NCBI GenBank assembly: GCA_041661045.1
Contig: JBAZVE010000001.1
Span: forward strand, 1,110,001-1,142,000
DNA from: Candidatus Saccharimonadota bacterium
GTDB taxonomy: Bacteria; Patescibacteriota; Gracilibacteria; UBA1369; 2-02-FULL-48-14
Length of the DNA stretch: 32,000 nucleotides
Direction: 5' to 3'
Positions 1 to 7,927 of the stretch are shown here, one piece after another. Under the pieces are notes generated by a model. It ran no database searches and had not been told where the DNA came from. It saw only the letters and a list, made by a program, of their open reading frames with translations. Both the position numbers and the translations under genes were made by a program. The number at the start of each line of letters is the position of its first letter. Position 1 is the first letter of the stretch.

Positions 1-1136
1 TCTTCGGTGTACTGCTTGTTGAAGATGCAGAACTTGGCTTTTTTCAGGCCCACGCAGCCAAAGCAGTCTTCACAGGCCCAACAACTTTCACAATATTCCA
101 AGTTGCTGCTGTACATGCAGTAGGTGCAGAATTTGAGGTCATAACAGCCCGCGATGGTGATGGCTTCATACATGAGTGCTGTTTTCATCCCATAAGCAAA
201 GAAGTCGTAGGAATCTTTTGTATCCACGCTGTTGAGCACGAAGCGGCAATCCTCACAGTTGGAAACGGTATAGCAGTCGGTGCAGTTTTTGCTGTTGTAA
301 ATGGACTCGCCACTGCAGTTCTCGGAGTTCAAAATGATGTGACGCATCTTGGGCCATTGCGCCGAAAAATCTTCCCACACTTTTTTTGCCGCTTGCAGCC
401 CCGCGTAGGAATCCAAACGGTACTCTTTGATTTTTTCCTGATACTCTTCTTTGCTGTATTTTTGATTGAAGAGGCAGAATTCCTGATGATCCAGTCCGTA
501 ACAAAACATGGAATTTTTGGTGCTTCGACAGTTGCGGAGGAAAGCACCATCACTGCAACTTTCGCAGTCATCGGAAAATTTGAGGTTGTAGCAGTTTTTT
601 ACATTTACGCATTCGTAGCAAAGCTGGGAAAGGATGATATTGTGGCAGTCCACGCAATCCTGGCATTTGTCCCCAAATTTCAGGTACATGCAATCTTGGT
701 CTTCTTCGGAGTTGAAAATAAAGTAGCAATTGCGACAGTTTCCGCAGTGGTTGCTGTACTCAGAATTTTCTTCGTTCCCCGCCGTGGCCTTGTGCATGCG
801 CGGGGCTTTGAGCCACAGCTCCTTAAACTGTTCAAGGAACGAGCGATTGAAATCAAATGCCTCCAATTTTGGCACTTCGTGCGCCTGTTTTTGCCATTCG
901 TCCGTGTGAAAAACAGGGAAGGGCGCATCGGGCCGAATATTGGATACAATTTGCTTCCCGCTGGCGTCACATGTGCGCGCGTAGAGCTTGCGTTCATTTC
1001 GAAAGGAAAGCCGTCGCTTCAACCGATCTTTTGGACACAACTTTGGCGCCGGCACGCCTCGCTTGGTGTAGTACGCTTGATCTCTCTCATCGATTTCAAA
1101 AGTTTGTGAGCAACGAGGACAGGTGAGGGTGGGCAT
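1..1136 (-). CDS. Cysteine-rich repeat protein with N-terminal zinc-ribbon-like region; partial, 3' end runs off the window
   Basis: Absent from the supplied ORF track because its stop lies outside the window. I checked every in-frame reverse-strand triplet from the ATG (cat at 1134-1136) down to position 3. There is no stop in 378 codons, and an in-frame stop lies just upstream at 1149-1151. The translation starts MPTLTCPRCSQTFEIDERDQAYYTKRGVPAPKLCPKDRLKRRLSFRNERKLYARTCDASGKQIV. It continues with dense Cys repeats: HCGNCRNCYFIFNSEEDQDCMYLKFGDKCQDCVDCHN..LCYECVNVKNCYNLKFSDDCESCSD. Two modules close with FCLFNQKYSKEEY and with FCIFNKQYTE at the window edge. Confidence 0.8.
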   Translation of the reverse strand, partial: MPTLTCPRCSQTFEIDERDQAYYTKRGVPAPKLCPKDRLKRRLSFRNERKLYARTCDASGKQIVSNIRPDAPFPVFHTDEWQKQAHEVPKLEAFDFNRSFLEQFKELWLKAPRMHKATAGNEENSEYSNHCGNCRNCYFIFNSEEDQDCMYLKFGDKCQDCVDCHNIILSQLCYECVNVKNCYNLKFSDDCESCSDGAFLRNCRSTKNSMFCYGLDHQEFCLFNQKYSKEEYQEKIKEYRLDSYAGLQAAKKVWEDFSAQWPKMRHIILNSENCSGESIYNSKNCTDCYTVSNCEDCRFVLNSVDTKDSYDFFAYGMKTALMYEAITIAGCYDLKFCTYCMYSSNLEYCESCWACEDCFGCVGLKKAKFCIFNKQYTE

Positions 1137-1167
1137 AAGAATTTTAAATTATTAAAGTTAATATTAT

Positions 1168-1503
1168 TCACCAGGAGGTGAGAGTGAGGCCGGGTAGCAT
1201 CGCCATTACCCACCCCGATATGCTCTCCCCATTTTCCATGTTGATTGTGAATGCGACGCAATCTCCCTGTTGCATGAAGATTAAGTCCTTCACCCGGTCT
1301 CTTATTTTTGATATGTTGTAAACTCTTCCCTCCAAGATCTTATTGCCGTCTACTACTCTATAGACTTGCCCATCTTCAACAGAGAAGTCTGCTTGATTTA
1401 TACTATCAACGCCTCGATAGATCCCACGGTGCCTCTGTGCAGTCTCAACTTCTTTTATTATTTCTTCTCTCTTTGGCCCATCGATGGGCGTAAAATAGGG
1501 CAT
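1168..1503 (-). CDS. Hypothetical protein, 111 aa
   Basis: Track ORF with an ATG start. It lies on the same strand as, and tightly spaced between, the lipoprotein gene (15-nt gap) and the Cys-rich gene (31-nt gap). No family recognised. Confidence 0.55.
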   Translation of the reverse strand: MPYFTPIDGPKREEIIKEVETAQRHRGIYRGVDSINQADFSVEDGQVYRVVDGNKILEGRVYNISKIRDRVKDLIFMQQGDCVAFTINMENGESISGWVMAMLPGLTLTSW

Positions 1504-1518
1504 AAGATGGTATTAATT

Positions 1519-1812
1519 TTATTCCCAGCAAGTGACAGCGAATTTGGGTTTGGGGTCTTCTAGCATTAGCTCTACAGTACAGGCTGTAGTCCGCTCGGTT
1601 TCTTCTGAGAATCCGTTTAAGGATTGCCTGGTTTCTTCTCTGACATTTGTAAGCCTCGCTACCACTTCAGTACCTACCGGTTCAAGCCGATGGGGAATCA
1701 CTTCTTTGCTCGCTACTTCCACTCCCGGTAACTGGTCTGCCTCCTCCACCAAGTCTAGGACTTGAGGTTGGCAGGCAGTGAATGTGAGAAGTAGTGGTAG
1801 GGTTTTTAACAT
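1519..1812 (-). CDS. Small putative lipoprotein, 97 aa
   Basis: Track ORF 1519..1947 would overlap the upstream gene by about 100 nt. The internal ATG at 1812 (cat at 1810-1812) gives MLKTLPLLLTFTAC-QPQ, a signal peptide with a lipobox-like FTAC. The rest is acidic and soluble. Confidence 0.55.
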   Translation of the reverse strand: MLKTLPLLLTFTACQPQVLDLVEEADQLPGVEVASKEVIPHRLEPVGTEVVARLTNVREETRQSLNGFSEETERTTACTVELMLEDPKPKFAVTCWE

Positions 1813-1849
1813 GAGTAGTATTGCGATTATAATCAAGTTCGACTTCGGA

Positions 1850-2440
1850 TTATTCCTCTTCACCAATAAAGGAGGGAAGTTTTCTAGCTCTCCTTCGGTT
1901 AGTTCTTTGTTGGTCAAATGGTACAACTTGCCCTTTAAGTGCAGCAAGGTCTGTATGTATTTCCTCCATAGTTGGAAGGAAGGCTACTGTCCATCCGCTT
2001 TCTTCCGGAAATTGCTCCATAATTGCATGATAAAGTCTGAATGTAGAAATTGGGTCGTCAAGAATAATTGTGTAGCTTATATCGAAGCACTTATCCATAC
2101 GATCTAAATCGGTAGAAATCTCCAAATTTCGACCCAAAACTCCATTGATCAAAGCTAGGAGTTCGTCATGAAGTTTATCAATTGCTTCTTCAATCCTAGA
2201 TTCCATTTCGTCAAAAACCTCCTGATGCCTCGTATATTTTCTTGCCATTGCCTGTTCATCGTTAGCGCCCTTGAAGTCGGGGTTCTCATGTTTATCGTTC
2301 TGACCATCCTGTTCATCGTAGTGAAATGTCTCATCCGTACTGTAATGGTGCCTTTCCGCGTCATAAATCTCTTTGGTTTCTTTTTCGGTCAGACCGGTTC
2401 GTGCTCTCCTGTTCCAAAATGAAATCATTACATCATTCAT
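1850..2440 (-). CDS. Hypothetical protein, 196 aa, acidic/His-rich N-terminal half, C-terminus ...FIGEEE
   Basis: Track ORF with an ATG start. It is the first gene of a four-gene minus-strand string (2440 down to 1) and has a good promoter match upstream. No family recognised. Confidence 0.6.
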   Translation of the reverse strand: MNDVMISFWNRRARTGLTEKETKEIYDAERHHYSTDETFHYDEQDGQNDKHENPDFKGANDEQAMARKYTRHQEVFDEMESRIEEAIDKLHDELLALINGVLGRNLEISTDLDRMDKCFDISYTIILDDPISTFRLYHAIMEQFPEESGWTVAFLPTMEEIHTDLAALKGQVVPFDQQRTNRRRARKLPSFIGEEE

Positions 2441-2466
2441 GAGTACAAAAATTAAAAACTGCCTGT

Positions 2467-2494
2467 ATCATACAAGACCTCAAGGGCCTGTCAA
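2467..2494 (-). promoter_or_regulatory. Sigma70-like promoter candidate for the 2440..1 gene string
   Basis: On the minus strand: TTGACA (2494-2489), a 16-nt spacer, then TATGAT (2472-2467). This is about 27 nt upstream of the ATG at 2440. Confidence 0.4.
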
Positions 2495-2548
2495 CTAATC
2501 GTGCTAAATCTTCCACACTATACTTGACCTTTTAAATCTGTGAATATA

Positions 2549-2557
2549 TGCTATACT
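2549..2557 (+). promoter_or_regulatory. Extended -10 candidate (TGCTATACT) for the TrmB gene at 2592
   Basis: TGnTATACT lies 34 nt upstream of the ATG. The same motif class recurs upstream of five other genes in the window. Confidence 0.35.
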
Positions 2558-2591
2558 TGATTCTGACGGAATTTTCCCACACAATTCAAAC

Positions 2592-3380
2592 ATGATTGAA
2601 CAGCTGCAAAAACTCGGGCTCACGGTGAAGGAAGCGACCCTTTATATGGCCACGCTGGAGCTGGGGGAGGCCTCGCCGGTTTCCACCATCGCCAAGAGGG
2701 CCAATGTCAACCGGACCACGGCTTACGATCTTTTGGAATCTTTGGTGAAACGGGGGCTGATCATTGGCTCGAATCATAAAAAATATCGTTATTACCGGGC
2801 GCAGGCACCGGAAAAGTTGGTGGCACATTTAAAAGAAGAAAGCGAGCGCTACGCCAGGCTGGCCGAAGAAGCAAAGGAGGTTTTGCCGGAGCTCAATACG
2901 CACTATCATGCGCTTTCAAACCGTCCTCGGGTGTATTTTTATGAAGGAGATGAGGGGCTGATTCGCGTGTATGAAGAAACGCTTACCTCCAGTGAAGAGA
3001 TTTTGGCCTACGCCAGCGATCAAGCCAATCAGGAAGCCATTCCGTGGTACTTTCCAAAATACTACAAACGCCGTGCTGCAAAAAAGATTCCGATCCGAGG
3101 TATTTTTCCGGACGAACCCAAGAACTGGGAACGCCATGCGCTGGATAAAGAGGAGCTTCGCCGCAGTTTGGTGGTGCCTAAAAGTAAGCTCGATTTCACT
3201 CCTGAAATCAACTTTTTTGATGACAAAATCATGATCGCCGACTGGAAGGGAAAAATCGGCATCATTATTGAAAGCAAAGAAATCGCCACGGCCTTCAAGC
3301 AAACCTTCGAGCTCGCCTGGGAGGCCGCGGAAGGCTACCACAAGGAGCTGAAGAAGGGGCGGAAGAAAAAACTCGACTGA
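2592..3380 (+). CDS. TrmB-family transcriptional regulator, full length, 262 aa
   Basis: The N-terminal winged HTH is typical of TrmB: LGLTVKEATLYMATLELGEASPVSTIAKRANVNRTTAYDLLESLVKRGLI. The C-terminal domain is collinear with the two paralogs at 7125 and 8834 (..EGDEGLIRVYEETLTS.., ..INFFDDKIMIAD..). Confidence 0.9.
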   Translation: MIEQLQKLGLTVKEATLYMATLELGEASPVSTIAKRANVNRTTAYDLLESLVKRGLIIGSNHKKYRYYRAQAPEKLVAHLKEESERYARLAEEAKEVLPELNTHYHALSNRPRVYFYEGDEGLIRVYEETLTSSEEILAYASDQANQEAIPWYFPKYYKRRAAKKIPIRGIFPDEPKNWERHALDKEELRRSLVVPKSKLDFTPEINFFDDKIMIADWKGKIGIIIESKEIATAFKQTFELAWEAAEGYHKELKKGRKKKLD

Positions 3381-3393
3381 GTCGAGTGAAGCA

Positions 3394-3423
3394 TTGACAA
3401 AATACTAAAAGTCATGTTAATAT
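3394..3423 (+). promoter_or_regulatory. Sigma70-like promoter candidate
   Basis: TTGACA (3394-3399), an 18-nt spacer, then TAATAT (3418-3423). The predicted start near 3430 favours the ATG at 3450 over the track start at 3414. Confidence 0.4.
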
Positions 3424-3449
3424 GCCTTTTGTCTCATAATTCACAAATC

Positions 3450-3782
3450 ATGGCTACTAATAGATTGAGTACCCCCGATGCCTTAGCAGTGCTAGCTGGT
3501 CATACGAGAATACCAGGTGTATCAACATCTCCTGTTTGGGAGGTAGGAATGGAACTGGGCTTCCGTGTACAAATGGATGCAGCTTTACTACAGCGTCGAT
3601 TGCGAAAACAAATCCCTGGCCTTGATCTAGATCTCAAAACGATTCAAGCTCTAAAAAGTCCAGCCACTGTAAGTGAAACTGTCGCCCGCTTAGTTGAAGA
3701 ACTTGGTGAAGAGATTGAGGTTCCTGAAGATGTCATCGCTGAAAATCGAAAGCACTACGATCAAGTACTTGGGATTCAATAG
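3450..3782 (+). CDS. Hypothetical protein, 110 aa
   Basis: Track ORF 3414..3782, trimmed to the ATG at 3450 (MATNRLSTPDALAV..) because the promoter candidate overlaps 3414. No family recognised. Confidence 0.5.
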   Translation: MATNRLSTPDALAVLAGHTRIPGVSTSPVWEVGMELGFRVQMDAALLQRRLRKQIPGLDLDLKTIQALKSPATVSETVARLVEELGEEIEVPEDVIAENRKHYDQVLGIQ

Positions 3783-3821
3783 AACAAACTGTAGATTCAG
3801 GAGTTTGATAGAAGACTTGAA

Positions 3822-3898
3822 TGGTGGGCGCTGAGGGATTCGAACCCCCGACCCTCTCGGTGTAAACGAGATGCTCTAACCAACTGAGCTAAGCGCCC
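3822..3898 (-). tRNA. tRNA-Val (anticodon TAC), CCA encoded
   Basis: The reverse complement folds as a cloverleaf: GGGCGCT TA GCTC AGTTGGTTA GAGC A TCTCG TTTACAC CGAGA GGGTC GGGGG TTCGAAT CCCTC AGCGCCC A CCA. Confidence 0.95.
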
Positions 3899-3954
3899 GA
3901 CGATAGTGGTGTCGCTTACGCGACGGTTTTTGGTAGGCTCGCCTGCGGCGAGTC

Positions 3955-4044
3955 TGGTGCACAAGAGAGGACTTGAACCTCCACCCCGATTAAACTCAGG
4001 ACCAGCACCTCAAGCTGGCGCGTCTACCATTCCGCCACTTGTGC
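3955..4044 (-). tRNA. tRNA-Leu (anticodon GAG), type II long variable arm, CCA encoded
   Basis: Reverse complement: GCACAAG TG GCG GAATGGTAGA CGC G CCAGC TTGAGGT GCTGG, a long variable arm, then GGAGG TTCAAGT CCTCT CTTGTGC A CCA. Confidence 0.92.
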
Positions 4045-4126
4045 AAACTTGCCAACGCATTTTAGCGGATCTTGCGCAGAGTACAAGTTTTTTTGTATGA
4101 TGGGTTTATTCCGCACCTTAAAAATC

Positions 4127-5419
4127 ATGTCTGAAAAGATTCTATTCCTGCAGAACCTGGGCCTCGCGCTTCTTTTGGGCAGTCTTATTGGAATTGAGCG
4201 GGAGCGCAATCACAATGAAGTGGATGGGCATCAGTTTGGAGGGATTCGAACCCTTTCCCTCATCAGTGTCTTTGGGTATTTGGTGTTTATGTTTTTTTCC
4301 GATTCCATTATTTTTCCGGTGGTCACGGCCGGATTTTTGCTTTTGCTCGTGGCTTCCTATGTGATGTCTTCTTATATTGCTAGAGATACCGGGGCCACCA
4401 CGGAAATTGCGGGGCTTTTCACTTATTTTATTGGAGTTTTGATGGCAATGGGGGAGACCTTGATTGCCACTGTTATTTGTTTGGTGGTGGTTACTCTTTT
4501 GTACTTTAAGCAGACCCTCCATGCATTTGCTCATAAGATTGCAAAAGAGGAGCTTTATGATGCACTTAAGTTCGTGGCCATTGCTTTTGTGGTGCTGCCC
4601 TTGCTCCCCAATATGGCGTATGGACCTTTGGAAGTGCTGAATCCTTATCAAATTTGGCTCATGGTGGTTCTGATCTCCACCATTTCCTTTGTCAGCTATA
4701 TCGCCATTAAGATTGTGGGGCCAAAGCGGGGGATTGGGATCAGTGGCTTTTTGGGAGGACTCATCTCTTCCACGGCGGTTTCTATGAGCCTTTCGGTTTT
4801 GAGTAAAAAGAGCAGCAAAATCGTGAATCCTTTTGTCTTCGCCATTGTTTTGGCGTCTTCCGCCATGTTTTTCCGTGTGCTCATTACCGTTGGGGTGCTG
4901 CACAGGGCTCTTTTGGAGGGTTTGGCGGTCCCATTGGGGCTCATGGGAATTTTGGGACTCCTGTTTGCCGCTTATTTTTGGAGCAAAAAGGACTCCGGAG
5001 CGGTCAAGGAGGTCTCTATTGAGGCACTCCATTTAGAAAGTCCTTTTCGACTCTGGCCTGCGGTTCAATTTGGACTGCTTTTTGCCGGACTTCTTTTTAT
5101 CTCTAAATTCGCGGCGGGCGTTTTGGGCACACAAGGGGTTTACCTCACCGCTTTTCTATCTGGAATTTTTGATGTGGATGCCATTACGGTTTCCATGGTG
5201 AATTTGCATAAAACCGGAGCGCTTACGGATCTCACGGCCACTACGGCCATTCTTTTGGCGGTGGTCACCAACACGCTTTCCAAGGCTGGTATTGTCTTGT
5301 TTTTTGGATCCAAACAAGTGGGATGGCGGGTGCTCACTTCTTTAGTGTTGGTTTCCATTTTTGGCTTCGCCACTTTACTTTTTTTCGTTCCTGAATTCTA
5401 TGGTCTTATTGCATTCTAA
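4127..5419 (+). CDS. MgtC/SapB-family membrane protein with DUF4010-type C-terminal extension
   Basis: The N-terminus LGLALLLGSLIGIERE carries the MgtC-family signature, and the protein is polytopic and hydrophobic throughout. The start is moved from track 4049 to the ATG at 4127 because 4049-4126 overlaps the tRNA-Leu promoter region. A promoter candidate is TTGCGC (4072-4077), an 18-nt spacer, then TATGAT (4096-4101). Confidence 0.85.
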   Translation: MSEKILFLQNLGLALLLGSLIGIERERNHNEVDGHQFGGIRTLSLISVFGYLVFMFFSDSIIFPVVTAGFLLLLVASYVMSSYIARDTGATTEIAGLFTYFIGVLMAMGETLIATVICLVVVTLLYFKQTLHAFAHKIAKEELYDALKFVAIAFVVLPLLPNMAYGPLEVLNPYQIWLMVVLISTISFVSYIAIKIVGPKRGIGISGFLGGLISSTAVSMSLSVLSKKSSKIVNPFVFAIVLASSAMFFRVLITVGVLHRALLEGLAVPLGLMGILGLLFAAYFWSKKDSGAVKEVSIEALHLESPFRLWPAVQFGLLFAGLLFISKFAAGVLGTQGVYLTAFLSGIFDVDAITVSMVNLHKTGALTDLTATTAILLAVVTNTLSKAGIVLFFGSKQVGWRVLTSLVLVSIFGFATLLFFVPEFYGLIAF

Positions 5420-5909
5420 TGCCATTCCTTTGGGCTCCGCTGCTCCATCTTTTCATTTAATGGGGATTGATGGTGCCGAGCACTCCTTGGAAGGCTATCG
5501 AGATAAAAAAGTTTTGGTCATTATTTTTATGTGCAACCATTGCCCTTTCGTCCAGGAGATTTGGGAGGACTTGGTGGCGCTTGAGAAACGGATGCCGGAG
5601 GAGGTGCAGTTTTTGGGAATCAACTCCAATGCAAATCCCAATTATCCCGAAGATTCTTTCGAAAAAATGAAAGAATATGCCCGGGCCAAGGCTCAAGAGT
5701 TTCCTTACCTTTATGATGAGAATCAGGGGGTGGCCAAACTTTATGATGCGCAATGCACCCCTGATATTTTTGTGTACAATGCTGCTCAACAATTGGCGTA
5801 TCACGGGGCTTTTTCTGGTTTGGAGGCGGCTGTTCAGGATCTTCTTAAAGGAAAAGAGCCTGCAGCGGCGCAGACTCATTCCATGGGGTGTTCTATTAAG
5901 TGGGCTTAG
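5400..5909 (+). CDS. Thioredoxin-fold (peroxiredoxin-like) protein with CxxC
   Basis: KKVLVIIFMCNHCPFVQEIWEDL contains a CNHC redox motif in the context typical of thioredoxin-family PRX-like proteins. The likely start is the ATG at 5400 (MVLLHSNAIPLGS), which overlaps the upstream gene by 20 nt. Confidence 0.85.
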   Translation: MVLLHSNAIPLGSAAPSFHLMGIDGAEHSLEGYRDKKVLVIIFMCNHCPFVQEIWEDLVALEKRMPEEVQFLGINSNANPNYPEDSFEKMKEYARAKAQEFPYLYDENQGVAKLYDAQCTPDIFVYNAAQQLAYHGAFSGLEAAVQDLLKGKEPAAAQTHSMGCSIKWA

Positions 5910-6988
5910 GCTTGTGTGAACTTGGCGAGGGTGTATTTGTCGCGACCCACACGGGAGAATTGGTTCTTGTTCTTGAGGTTCAAGTAGATGGTGATGGTCT
6001 TCACATGTCGTTGGTCGAGTACCGCTTTGGTGATTTCTTCTCGGCTTCGTGGCACGCCATCCAATAAAATTTCACTCACTACATCGGCAACCGTTCCTGT
6101 TTTATATCCCCAATCTTTGAGAGCATAAATTCCACGGCCGATGAGGATGAAGTTGTCGTTTCGAATGAGTTCATTGTGCACGGCCTGAACATTCACGCGT
6201 TTGCTATCGAACTTTCCGGTTTGAATGAGCTCGGCAATTTTCTCGAAATGTAGCGGCTTCTTTTCGTGATGCAAAATGAAGAAAATTTTGTCCTTCAAGG
6301 TTCGAGGGTGGATGTGTCTCCATGTGAACAGTCCAATCCCGTTTTCCGTAAACTTGCAGTCTTTGGAGGCGCGAAGGATGTTTGCAATGGTGTTTTCCGG
6401 TAAGTTGAGCTTTAGGGATTCGTTTATTTTCTCCGCAAGTTTGTCGATGGAGAGCACATGCTTGGTTTTTTGCAGAGTCTTGACCGCGGAGCTTGTTACT
6501 TTTCTTACTTTTTCATCGCTGAAGGTGCTTAAACGCCAGTAGGGATGGAATTTGAGCGTGTTGGGTTCAAAAGAGATGTCCGAGTCGAGATTGAGGGCCA
6601 AATGCAGATCTTGAATTTCTTGTTCGCCCACATTGGGGAGGATGCGCATGAGCAGTTCTTTAAAGTAACTGTCTCTCGCGATGCCCCCTTCTTTGTCCAG
6701 AAGAGCTTTGCTGAACTCGGTTAGAATTTTGATGTTGGTGTTTTGCGCGTTTCTCTCCAGCTTTCGGAGTGCCGTTTTCTCGATTTGTCGCACCCGTTCT
6801 CTTGTTACTCCAAAGTGATCCCCAATCTCTTCCAGCGTCTGTTTCTTCTTGGTGTCCAGCGCAAAACGACTTTTAATGATGTACTTTTCCTTATCGGAAA
6901 GTACAATCAGCAGACTTCTCACCAACTCTCGCAGCTTAATCTGTTGCGGACTCAGCTTGCTATCGAAGGTAAAGTTGGTGTTAACCAT
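5906..6988 (-). CDS. Sigma-70 region-4 HTH protein with three HARE-HTH-like C-terminal modules; no sigma region 2
   Basis: Residues 30-80 read LSDKEKYIIKSRFALDTKKKQTLEEIGDHFGVTRERVRQIEKTALRKLERN, which is sigma region 4.2. The remaining ~280 aa contain three repeats of the HARE-HTH pattern, for example KPLHFEKIAELIQ..VHNELIRNDNFILIGRGIYALKDWGY and ..REEITKAVL..NKNQFSRVGRDKYTL. Confidence 0.8.
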   Translation of the reverse strand: MVNTNFTFDSKLSPQQIKLRELVRSLLIVLSDKEKYIIKSRFALDTKKKQTLEEIGDHFGVTRERVRQIEKTALRKLERNAQNTNIKILTEFSKALLDKEGGIARDSYFKELLMRILPNVGEQEIQDLHLALNLDSDISFEPNTLKFHPYWRLSTFSDEKVRKVTSSAVKTLQKTKHVLSIDKLAEKINESLKLNLPENTIANILRASKDCKFTENGIGLFTWRHIHPRTLKDKIFFILHHEKKPLHFEKIAELIQTGKFDSKRVNVQAVHNELIRNDNFILIGRGIYALKDWGYKTGTVADVVSEILLDGVPRSREEITKAVLDQRHVKTITIYLNLKNKNQFSRVGRDKYTLAKFTQA

Positions 6989-7124
6989 TTTGACAGTTGT
7001 TAGGGGGTTGACCTCTGAATCCGTGTTTTACTCAAATCGGCCAACCAGGAGTATCAAACAAATCCCCATGAATGTAAATAGCTCACACCAAATTTGCTGT
7101 TGTCAAAAATGTTGACAAAACCCT

Positions 7125-7907
7125 CTATAAGCCTAGATATCTCTTGTCCTCAGGTGAAAGCAAGTCTCTCTCTAGAAGCCTTGCATATTCGAATCCTAAA
7201 TTAAAAATTGCTCTTTGAGTGTCCGCAATGTTCTTATTTTGGATAATAACTCCTACACCGTCTTGGTGGGAAATTATTGCTACTTTATCATCGTAAATAT
7301 TGATTTCATTTTTGAATGGGAACTTTTCTTTTGGTATTAAGTAGACTTCCCTCAATTCCTCTTCCCCTTTCCCCTTAAATTTCATCCCGATTTCATCGTA
7401 GCAAAATATGCCTTTAAGGAAAATTTGCTTTTCAACCTTCTTTTTAATATATGATGGGTAATAGTCTTCCAGTAATCCCATTACAATTTGAGGGTTCGCC
7501 CAACAAAGTAATTCGGTTGAGGTTGTAAGGGTGTCTTCCATGATTTGAATCAAACCATCCCTTCCCTCGAATAGAGATAATTGTGGAGTAACCGTGTACT
7601 TTTCGTGTAGATTTGTGAGCTCTGGTAAAGCGGATTCAAGTCTACTCAATTTCCGTTTTTGCTCTTCGAGAATTTGTTTAGGATTAACTGCTCTAAAATA
7701 GGTGATGTTTTTTCTTTTAAAGTGACTGACTAGGCCTTTCTTTTGTAATTGTTCTAGAATGACATAGGTGGTTGGGCGTTTTACCCCAGCCTTCTTAGAA
7801 ACGACTCCAGGTAGGGCTTCATGAAGCTCAAGTAATGCGAGGTAAATTTTTACCTCCTTTTCATTTAATCCGATGTCGTTGAGAATAAGATTGAGCTGGG
7901 TTGACAT
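7125..7907 (-). CDS. TrmB-family transcriptional regulator, 260 aa
   Basis: N-terminal HTH: IGLNEKEVKIYLALLELHEALPGVVSKKAGVKRPTTYVILEQLQKKGLV. It is about half identical by eye to the 8834..9610 paralog (GLIQIMEDTLT, NEINIYDDK, GVIIQN..IA.TQR.IF). Confidence 0.9.
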   Translation of the reverse strand: MSTQLNLILNDIGLNEKEVKIYLALLELHEALPGVVSKKAGVKRPTTYVILEQLQKKGLVSHFKRKNITYFRAVNPKQILEEQKRKLSRLESALPELTNLHEKYTVTPQLSLFEGRDGLIQIMEDTLTTSTELLCWANPQIVMGLLEDYYPSYIKKKVEKQIFLKGIFCYDEIGMKFKGKGEEELREVYLIPKEKFPFKNEINIYDDKVAIISHQDGVGVIIQNKNIADTQRAIFNLGFEYARLLERDLLSPEDKRYLGL

Positions 7908-7927
7908 GATTGAATAATTCCTAGATA

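Noticed and set aside
339-1126. Plus-strand track ORFs 339..1109 (256 aa) and 857..1126, and minus-strand ORFs 253..571, 680..997 and 1019..1261.
   Set aside because: They lie antisense to, or in a different frame from, the uninterrupted 378-codon Cys-rich ORF. Their translations are low-complexity (FFLILFFAVFLI...) with no motifs.
3370-3386. Hairpin ACTCGAC-TGA-GTCGAGT spanning the TrmB stop codon, as a possible terminator.
   Set aside because: No T-run follows, and the loop is only 3 nt. It is more likely incidental or a minor structural element.
3899-3954. Two small hairpins in the tRNA-Leu/tRNA-Val spacer: GTCGC-TTAC-GCGAC followed by GGTTTTT, and CTCGCC-TGC-GGCGAG.
   Set aside because: The stems are only 5-6 bp. 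The first could be a weak plus-strand terminator or, on the minus strand, a GNRA-loop processing element. I cannot distinguish these from chance.
3783-4126. tRNA-Val/Leu locus, and the tRNA loci at 19.7 and 20.3 kb, as integration sites of a mobile element.
   Set aside because: The window has no integrase, recombinase or transposase. I found no duplicated tRNA 3' segments that would mark att sites. The small orphan ORFs next to the tRNAs are not enough evidence.
4142-5032. 296-aa minus-strand ORF.
   Set aside because: It lies entirely antisense to the well-supported MgtC/DUF4010 membrane gene. The His/Asn/Gln-rich translation is the typical shadow of a hydrophobic gene.
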